Below are positions 35,450 to 42,537 of a DNA stretch of 43,030 nucleotides, in pieces; within the stretch, counting starts at the first letter, position 1, and each line of letters begins with the position of its first letter. The notes under the pieces are model-generated. The model saw only the letters and a list, made by a program, of their open reading frames with translations, ran no database searches and was not told where the DNA came from. Both the position numbers and the translations under genes were made by a program. Source of the stretch: Dehalococcoidia bacterium (GTDB lineage Bacteria > Chloroflexota > Dehalococcoidia > GIF9 > AB-539-J10); NCBI GenBank assembly GCA_034414335.1, contig DAOUMB010000004.1, positions 1-43,030 of the forward strand. The letters run 5' to 3'.

Positions 35450-37057
35450 TTGAAAAAAACAGCTTATATATTATTTGCAGTAATTTTGCTATTCAGTAGT
35501 ATTTTAAGTAGTTGCGCTCTATCGCCCTCAACTACTACCCCTTCTCCTACCACTTCGGGCGGCGGTGTTCTGACCTTAACCAGTATCGACCCATTTACCC
35601 TGGATCCGGCCATTGCCAATGATGCGCTATCTGTCTCATATATCACGCAGATATTTAGCGGATTGCTCAAATTCAACGATAACCTGGAACCGGTACCAGA
35701 CATTGCGGACAGTATGCCGACTTTAAGCTCAGACGGTTTAACCTATACATTTCACCTGCGCCGAGATGTTAAATTCCAGGATGGGAGGGCGGTAACTGCT
35801 TCCGATTTTAAGTATTCCTGGGAGCGAGCCGCTAATCCGGCAACTAACTCTCCAACGGCTGAGACCTACCTTGGCGATATCGTTGGCGTCCAAGATATGT
35901 TGGCTGGGAAAGCCGACCAGATAAGCGGAGTCAAAGTCATCGATGATTATACCCTGCAAGTAACCATAGATTCACCGAAATCGTATTTCTTATATAAATT
36001 AACCTATCCCTCTTCTTTCGTGGTAGATAAGAATAATGTTAGTTCCGGAGTAAATTGGTGGCAAAAACCCAATGGTACCGGACCATTTAGATTGCAGGAA
36101 TGGGTGAAGGGTACCGATTTTATCCTGGCCAGAAATGACTTGTACTACGGAGACAAAGCCAAAATCGCCGAAGTAAAGATGATACTTAATAGTACCAGCA
36201 GTGATGTGGATTTATTCGAAACCGGACAGATAGATGTGGCTGCTGCTTCTACAGCTTACTATGATGAAATTATGGATAAAACTGGACCATTTTACAACGA
36301 CCTATCTATTTCACCTGAGCTAAGCGTAGATTACATCGGTTTTAATTGTAAACAACCTCCGTTCGATGATGTCAACATCAGGAAAGCTTTCAGCCTGGCA
36401 ATAGATAAAGATAAAATTATTTCTTTATCTTATCGGAACATGGTCCAAAAGGCGGAAGGTATATTGCCACCGGGTATACCGGGATACAATAAAAATCTGG
36501 TCGGGCTGGATTTCGATGTAAGCGAAGCCAAAGAACTCATCAAGGCTTCCAAATATGGTGATGTTTCCAATTTACCTCCGATTACTTTAACCATCGCCGG
36601 AGCGGGAGGAAGCGCCGATGTCCTTACCCAAGCATTGGTTTACCAGTGGAAGCAAAACTTAGGCGTTGATGTAAAAGTTCGAGAGTTAGAACCCCAATTA
36701 TATAGCTCTGACCTGGCGCAAGAGCTAGACCAGATGTATTATTTTGGCTGGATTGCGGATTACCCTTATCCCCAGGATTTCCTAGATATATTGCTCAGCT
36801 CCGGGTCAAGTTATAATTATGGTGGTTATTCCAATCCGGAAGTAGATTCATTAATTCAGCAAGCAAATCAGGAATTAGACCAGACGAAGGCTTTTGCTCT
36901 TTATCAGCAGGCTGAACAACAAATAGTTAATGATGCCGCGGTTTTGCCCTTAACCTTTGGGGAAACCTACCTCTTGGTCCAACCCTATGTTAAGAACCTA
37001 AGCGTAAATGCCCTTGGCATTATGAATCTCAATGAAATAGCGATTTCTCTTCATTAA
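35450..37057 (+). CDS. ABC transporter substrate-binding lipoprotein, family 5 (peptide/nickel type)
   Basis: Lipobox ILSSC, then LDPAIANDALS, GLLKFNDNLEPVPDIA, FHLRRDVKFQDG and GTGPFRL, all typical of OppA/DppA-like proteins. No permease or ATPase genes are adjacent. Confidence 0.85.
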   Translation: MKKTAYILFAVILLFSSILSSCALSPSTTTPSPTTSGGGVLTLTSIDPFTLDPAIANDALSVSYITQIFSGLLKFNDNLEPVPDIADSMPTLSSDGLTYTFHLRRDVKFQDGRAVTASDFKYSWERAANPATNSPTAETYLGDIVGVQDMLAGKADQISGVKVIDDYTLQVTIDSPKSYFLYKLTYPSSFVVDKNNVSSGVNWWQKPNGTGPFRLQEWVKGTDFILARNDLYYGDKAKIAEVKMILNSTSSDVDLFETGQIDVAAASTAYYDEIMDKTGPFYNDLSISPELSVDYIGFNCKQPPFDDVNIRKAFSLAIDKDKIISLSYRNMVQKAEGILPPGIPGYNKNLVGLDFDVSEAKELIKASKYGDVSNLPPITLTIAGAGGSADVLTQALVYQWKQNLGVDVKVRELEPQLYSSDLAQELDQMYYFGWIADYPYPQDFLDILLSSGSSYNYGGYSNPEVDSLIQQANQELDQTKAFALYQQAEQQIVNDAAVLPLTFGETYLLVQPYVKNLSVNALGIMNLNEIAISLH

Positions 37058-37630
37058 TCTTTTTCTTACCGGTGAAACCTAAAATCCGCAATTGAAAACA
37101 GGAAAGGACTCAGGAGATGCCTTTGAATTGTTTCAGATGGCGGTAAAAGTCGACCTCACCTATGCTAAGGAAATCATATTGGGACAACGGTCAAGAGATA
37201 CTTCAGACGTTGGCCAGACTTTGAGTGAGCCATATTCATAAAGGCGGACAAGCCGGATGCGACATTTATCTGTAGGACAGCAGTTTAGATTTTGCGCAAT
37301 CTGGCATGTCCCCGCAAATTCCGGTTTTCATTGCACCTTTTGATGGATTGTTCAATCCTCCGATGAATCTTCAAGCTATCCTCAAACTTCACTGGCCTAG
37401 CGCATGGGCCCGCCATATTTCAGCCGGGTGGCTACTAATGCTTACGTTGCCTCGCTAGCAATGTAGGTAAAGTTAAGGTAATGGTATGCGGCGGCTGAGA
37501 TACATGGGTAACACTAATGATATGGCTAGTAATCATATTAAGTTATCATGAGGAGTTACCCTAATGAGAAAACGACTATGATATAATACACATACATACC
37601 GCAGGTTATGCGCCATCTTAGAATCCTATT

Positions 37631-37936
37631 GTGAGGGCGACTTCAGTGGGAGCAGAGAAGTCCTGGACTAGATTCACTAAACAAAACGTTGATAACGTGC
37701 CTGAGGGTCCGGGAGTCTATGAAATAGCGTATGTCAGCCCCAGTGGAAAGAAACTCTGGCGTTTGGGCAAGATTTCAAATTTGCGCAAAAGACTATTAAC
37801 ACGATTACATGAGCCAGAGCCGCCCGAAAACTGCTATTTCAGGTATTACGAAGCTGGGGGGTTTGAAGACGTTGACACTATTGCAGCTAGAATTTTGGAT
37901 AGCTATAAAGACAAACCGGGTAAACTAGAGTCCTGA
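37631..37936 (+). CDS. Stand-alone GIY-YIG-like domain protein (UvrC/Cho N-terminal type)
   Basis: PEGPGVYEIAYVSPSGKKLWRLGKISNLRKRLLTRL resembles PGVY..(10)..YVGKAxNLRxRL. GTG start with no clear ribosome-binding site. An extended -10 element (TGaTATAAT) lies at 37579-37587. Confidence 0.45.
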   Translation: MRATSVGAEKSWTRFTKQNVDNVPEGPGVYEIAYVSPSGKKLWRLGKISNLRKRLLTRLHEPEPPENCYFRYYEAGGFEDVDTIAARILDSYKDKPGKLES

Positions 37937-38011
37937 CTAGCGTTAGCTTCATCATACTGGCATTGCACAGTGTATCCCAAGAAATAGCAGTGACGCCTTA
38001 TTTACACCTTG

Positions 38012-38040
38012 TTGACACGAATCGGTTGTCCCACTAGACT
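38012..38040 (+). promoter_or_regulatory. Near-consensus promoter (TTGACA, 17 nt, TAGACT) with no downstream ORF
   Basis: TTGACA at 38012-38017 and TAGACT at 38035-38040. The next 600 nt on the plus strand lack a credible ORF, and the strand then runs antisense into the ABC-2 permease 3' end. Confidence 0.35.
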
Positions 38041-38183
38041 ATTGACGCGGCTTGGAGGGTCGACCATTATCTCGCTGTGTAAAGTCAGGATAAGAGAGAA
38101 ATTTTGCGGCCCTGCGAAAAAGGCCATAACCAGAGTTTTCTCAGATACCACCTAGAAATCTTACTTGTAGAATTGTGCATAAG

Positions 38184-38378
38184 CATTGAATAGCAAATTC
38201 CCCAGTGTCTGTTCAATTTTAGCTGTATACAATGAAATTACATTTTGTCAGCCGCGCATACATAGATTATACGCATTTACAATCTCACGTCTTGGTTAAT
38301 ATTGAACATTCCTGACTATTGTGCAATCTTACGGGATTGAACATTTCCGAGTAGTGTTCAACCTCGCTACATTCAACA
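38184..38378. repeat. Cluster of TTGAA(C/T)A / TGTTCAA motifs in both orientations
   Basis: cattgaatag 38184, tgttcaatttt 38211, attgaacattcc 38301, attgaacatttcc 38336, tgttcaa 38355, attcaaca 38371. A second repeated word, attgtgca, occurs at about 38172 and 38318. Confidence 0.4.
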
Positions 38379-38448
38379 AAAAGTCATAAGGCAAAATTTC
38401 GAGAACTAGCACATTTATCACTGTCCCCTGGGTTGTATTAAGCAACTA

Positions 38449-38476
38449 GAAAAACAAAAAGTCCTCTGAATGGAGG
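38449..38476 (-). terminator. Weak candidate terminator downstream of the ABC-2 operon
   Basis: On the minus strand, a short cctc/gagg stem (4 bp, 6-nt loop) is followed by ACTTTTTGTTTTTC. The stem is weak. Confidence 0.25.
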
Positions 38477-38678
38477 CTTAAATCATCAGGGTGCGGTCGA
38501 TGGTAAGAAAGAGAGTTCACCCATGGCATGCACAGGGGTGGCAGTTCGAATCAACACGGATGGAATAAAGTGTACCAAATGTGTACAAACTGTACTCGGA
38601 TCAGGAAGCTCGATCGTTGCAGGCCCGTATGGTATATCTCTTGAAAGGAGATCCATGCGGGAACGTATTACCAGAGCC

Positions 38679-39416
38679 TCATGTCCACTTGGTAAGTATC
38701 TCTTCTCTCTGAAATGTCTTTGTGCTAAAAAAGAAGAAAATTATATCTACTGCCAGAATGATGGCAGCTATAATCAGAAGAGTCTTGGTGTCTAGCGATA
38801 TCGCCCCGATTTCGCTTGCGACATAAACAGCAGCCAGGGGAAGCACAATAAAAAGGCCTTGCATCTGAGCAGCGCGTGCGTCGCTAGCTCTCGAAGAAAC
38901 GATAACACTCCACTCGATTGAAAGAATGGCTGAAAGCGGCGCAAGTAATAAGAGGATCAAACCGATGGTCCAGTTGGGGAAATATGAATAGCCCAGAGTA
39001 TTGTGGGTCATCAGATTGGCCAACGCCATAAAAACGATAGACCCGATGTAGATTGCGCCGACAGATGGAATGAAAGCGGCGATGCTCTTGCCAAGAAGAA
39101 GCTCTTTATCCGTGATGGGTGCAGCCAGGAGTGGTTCCAGACTCTTTTCGATCTTTTCACCGACCAAACTATAGGAAGCCAAGACGGTAGGTAGCAGTGC
39201 GGACCCGATTATGAAGAAGAAAGAAAATGCGTTCATTATGATCGGTAGTTGTGCGCTACTAAGGCCTCCATGTCTTGCGCCCGCAAAACGGAGTACAAGG
39301 GGAAGACCGATGCCAACGATGAGAGGAAATAGAACCAGCGAATTGACGGCGGACCTTTTTCTTAGGAACACCCTCATATCCTTGGTAGCGACAATCCAGG
39401 CCTTCGAAATTCTCAT
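38679..39416 (-). CDS. ABC-2-type transporter permease
   Basis: 245 aa with about six hydrophobic helices. Its start overlaps the stop of the upstream ATPase gene by 4 nt. Confidence 0.8.
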   Translation of the reverse strand: MRISKAWIVATKDMRVFLRKRSAVNSLVLFPLIVGIGLPLVLRFAGARHGGLSSAQLPIIMNAFSFFFIIGSALLPTVLASYSLVGEKIEKSLEPLLAAPITDKELLLGKSIAAFIPSVGAIYIGSIVFMALANLMTHNTLGYSYFPNWTIGLILLLLAPLSAILSIEWSVIVSSRASDARAAQMQGLFIVLPLAAVYVASEIGAISLDTKTLLIIAAIILAVDIIFFFFSTKTFQREEILTKWT

Positions 39417-40333
39417 TTCGTTTCCTTCACGATCTGCAAATACACATCTTCGAGTGTTGGGATAAGCTGGGTGACCTCTCGTACCTGACCTCCATTTGAG
39501 GCAATGGCAGCAATGATAATCGGGTTTTCTTTGTCGGGGTCGGTCACGTCAATAATCAACTTATTGTCAGAGACTTCGATTGTGTTCGAAATGAGTTTTT
39601 TTAAAGCACTAACTAAAGTCTCGTTTACTTGAGCCAGCCTAACTTCTGTTTTCGGCTTAGCAAGAGATCCCCTTAATTGTTCGGGACTGCCAATGCGCAG
39701 TAGTCTCGTCTTTAATATACCGATTCGGTCGCAGATTCTCTGGGCTTCATCCAGATTATGGGTGTTTAGGAAAATAGTTCTGCCTTGTTTCTTGAGCTCC
39801 AAGATGAAATCCCTGACAGTCTTAGCTGATTCGGGATCGAGGTTAGCGGTAGGCTCATCCATGAATAGTATTTTCGGCTCGTGAACCAGTGCACGAGCTA
39901 ATGCCAACTTTTGTTTCATCCCTTTGGAAAATGAACCTGCTCGGGCATCTTTTCTCTCCCAGAGTCCCAGCATCTTGAGAAAACGCTCGATGTTTTCTCT
40001 CCTGTGTCCTTCTGGGCATTCATACAGTTTTCCATAAAAGTCAAGGTTCTCAAAGGCGCTTAAGTCGCTGTAAAGGCCGACGTTGTCGGGTACCAGACCG
40101 ATCATTCTCCTGATTTGCAGAGAATCAGTCGCTTTGCCTATTTGATAATCACTTATCCTGGCCTCTCCACTGGTCCTTGATATCAAGCAGCAAAGCATCC
40201 TAATGGTGGTGGTCTTGCCGGCGCCGTTCGGCCCCAAAAAACCAAAGACTTCACCTTCCTCAACCTGGAAGGTTAATCCCTCGACCGCGGTGACTTCACC
40301 AAATTTCTTGGTAAGGTTTTCAACAGTTATCAT
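39413..40333 (-). CDS. ABC transporter ATP-binding protein (ABC-2/CcmA-type, with C-terminal extension)
   Basis: Walker A GPNGAGKTT, signature FSKGMKQKLALARAL, Walker B ILFMDEPTANLD, and H-loop NTHNL. Confidence 0.9.
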   Translation of the reverse strand: MITVENLTKKFGEVTAVEGLTFQVEEGEVFGFLGPNGAGKTTTIRMLCCLISRTSGEARISDYQIGKATDSLQIRRMIGLVPDNVGLYSDLSAFENLDFYGKLYECPEGHRRENIERFLKMLGLWERKDARAGSFSKGMKQKLALARALVHEPKILFMDEPTANLDPESAKTVRDFILELKKQGRTIFLNTHNLDEAQRICDRIGILKTRLLRIGSPEQLRGSLAKPKTEVRLAQVNETLVSALKKLISNTIEVSDNKLIIDVTDPDKENPIIIAAIASNGGQVREVTQLIPTLEDVYLQIVKETK

Positions 40334-40426
40334 AGATATTTACCAAAGCCACTCAAGGCTTCGCTTGCCTCATAAGCCGGACTGGCATAGGGCCTTCCCA
40401 TACGAGGATGCCCATGCAAGGTCATT

Positions 40427-40534
40427 TCACTTCTTTCTGCGCCTGCGCTTGGTTATTATATAGATAGTGATCGCGATGATGATCGCCAATCCTAGGAGCC
40501 CATACCGAAGGATTAATAGGTAGTTGCCTCCCAT
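40427..40534 (-). CDS. Candidate 35-aa single-pass membrane micropeptide
   Basis: Not in the track because it is under 60 aa. ATG 40534 directly abuts the TAA of the upstream gene, with GAGG 8 nt upstream. Translation: MGGNYLLILRYGLLGLAIIIAITIYIITKRRRRKK*, one TM helix plus a polybasic tail. Confidence 0.35.
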   Translation of the reverse strand: MGGNYLLILRYGLLGLAIIIAITIYIITKRRRRKK

Positions 40535-41044
40535 TTAGTCAGCCTCATTTTGTATCAATTCAAGCAAATGTTGATATTGCCATTCTTGTTCTTTCGCTAT
40601 GGCAGCATCAGCATCGGAGGGTTCGGTGGCTCTATAGGTAGCCTGTAAGGCATAAATTGCAGCTCCAATCGAATGAGTGGGAACATGTGCAGTTGCCACT
40701 GCTTGACCGGCGGCACGGGCAGCAGGGCGAGCGGCATTATCCTCTCCTACCTCGCGAGCAGCAGCATGAGATGCAAGCGAAGCCTTATGTATAACAGCCA
40801 TATCAAACACCCCTGTATTTATCCAGGTTTGGAGTGTATCGATAGTGTTTCGGGGACGATGATCTGCCAAATATAGCCCTCCAAAATAGGCCAGAACACG
40901 CTTAGTACAATAAATTGCCCAGACGGCTAGTGCTTTGTGGTCAGTTTTTCTTACGAGCTCTACAATTCTCTCGTCTTTGTAGTGTGTCAGTGAGAATTTG
41001 TATTTCTTCATATTACTAAACGCTAATCCTATTTTCCTTTGCAT
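40535..41044 (-). CDS. Helical protein resembling the Imm5-like putative-immunity family
   Basis: ALAVWAIYCTKRVLAYF...HRPRNTIDTLQTWINTG...SLASHAAAREVGEDNAARPAARAAGQAVATAHVPTHSIGAAIYALQA matches, from memory, the Ala-rich helical repeat pattern of Imm5-type proteins. Confidence 0.45.
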   Translation of the reverse strand: MQRKIGLAFSNMKKYKFSLTHYKDERIVELVRKTDHKALAVWAIYCTKRVLAYFGGLYLADHRPRNTIDTLQTWINTGVFDMAVIHKASLASHAAAREVGEDNAARPAARAAGQAVATAHVPTHSIGAAIYALQATYRATEPSDADAAIAKEQEWQYQHLLELIQNEAD

Positions 41045-41174
41045 TCTTAGATTTAGATGGTCTTGACACGACTTTATTGTATGTTACTCCTCATTATCCT
41101 GCAAATAAGCGAGCTGGACTTCAGCCTTTTCAACGATTCTTTCTTCCAAATCAACCTAGACAGAGCAATGGTGA

Positions 41175-41762
41175 GTCTGCCATGCGAAGGTTATTGAAAA
41201 TGCTTTACCCGGCTTAGCGCTGGTTAGTATGGACGCATTCGAGTATCGTAAAATTGAAAGTGTGGCACCGTATAATGAATTCTCAATCTCGGTTCTTGTA
41301 TCATGTGAGAAAAGCAGCGAGGCTCCTAGCTTGCCCGGCATTTACATAATTTATCTGCCAGTGACCACGGAGGAGGCGCTTTATGGAGTCGACATCTTCG
41401 GTTATCCCAAGTCTATCACCGACATCAACTTTGAGGACACAGCTGAAGCGCGCCGCTGCCGGGTCCAGGCCGATGGGAAAGACATTTTGACCCTGGAAGT
41501 GCAGAAGCAGGTAGCCGAACCCAAGTCTATTGACACTTACACCTACTCGGTGAAAGATAATCAACTTCTTATTACTCTAATGCAGATCAAAGGACAGTGA
41601 GGTAACAGCTGCGTTCCAGGCGGAGCATCGTGTATTTTGGGTAACCATCCTATCGCTGAGGAACTACGCAAGTTAGGATTAAGCGCGACTTCACTAGAGA
41701 GCACATATGTACCCCGAGAGCAAGTGTTACTTCGTCTTCCCAAGGAGCGTCTACCACTATAG
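41175..41762 (+). pseudogene. Acetoacetate-decarboxylase-like (ADC family) gene with an in-frame TGA (41598-41600) and no canonical start for its N-terminal part
   Basis: A single frame reads AKVIENALPGLALVSMDAFEYRKIESVAPYNEFSISVLV...PGIYIIYLPVTTEEALYGVDIFGYPK...IKGQ*GNSCVPGGASCILGNHPIAEELRKLGL...LPL*. The PYxE..V and G..FGYPK pattern and the HP..ELxxLGL tail resemble ADC-family proteins. An ATG at 41168 is in another frame and stops after 9 codons. Confidence 0.5.
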
Positions 41763-42184
41763 TTCGGTAAAGGCCAAGGGAAGCTAGCCACTATCGCATC
41801 GACACATTTCGCAAACGTCATGTAGTTCGATAGGGCTGAAGTACTAGCTGTGATAAGAAATAACCACTCATATATACGCGTGGCAGGGTAAACGTCCCTA
41901 TGTTCAAGCAGTTTAGTATATTTACTTTACACAAAAGGCAAAAGTTATCAAATACTCGTACGCGTCGCTGGACAGACATCCCGATATTTGTGCCAAGTTA
42001 ACATTTAGTATACTGCGACCTCGGATTGCTCACTGTACTTTATAGCGTCTTGTTACCTAACTGAACTATAGTCCAGATTGTTCAATGCGCTCAGTGATTG
42101 GGAAAACAGAGAGGCTATCTTACAAAATTTAGGTGTACAGTAATAGTGACTTGTATTCTTCTATCTTAGACCTTTAGACATTTT

Positions 42185-42370
42185 TTACGCCAAGAGGTCT
42201 TTATCGTAGTTTACTGGAGGAGTAATTGGGAAAAACCGAGCGTTTGCCATCTTATACGGAAGCACTGGTCCACTTCTGGCAATTGAAGGCTCACCACAAG
42301 CCGCTATCTTGAATGATAAAAACTCCTCTTTGTATCTTCTTGATATTTTTTCATCTCCGTGATAGTTCAT
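42185..42370 (-). CDS. Hypothetical 61-aa protein (doubtful)
   Basis: ATG 42370 follows GAAAGG. A TATAAT lies upstream on the minus strand at 42482-42487. No motif recognised. Oriented divergently from yedE. Confidence 0.2.
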   Translation of the reverse strand: MNYHGDEKISRRYKEEFLSFKIAACGEPSIARSGPVLPYKMANARFFPITPPVNYDKDLLA

Positions 42371-42537
42371 GCTACCTTTCAGTCCAATGCAGAGAAGTAG
42401 CTTTCTACAGTTAAGCGGGCATTCTATTACTGATTTTGCAAGAATGCACAAATATTGCGACTTCTCAAGGCTTGTGTCATTATTATAGGCATTGTCAACT
42501 GCCTAGGTAGGGAAACCTAGTAAACAAAGGAGGTTCT

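Noticed and set aside
38535-38560. ggcagttcgaatcaac resembling a tRNA T-loop (GTTCGAATC)
   Set aside because: The flanking bases do not pair as a T-stem and no acceptor or anticodon arms are present. Also examined was acatttgaacctgc at about 34043, with the same result.
38523-38795. Plus-strand 90-aa ORF at the end of the long spacer
   Set aside because: It overlaps the 3' end of the ABC-2 permease gene in antisense and has no ribosome-binding site or motif.
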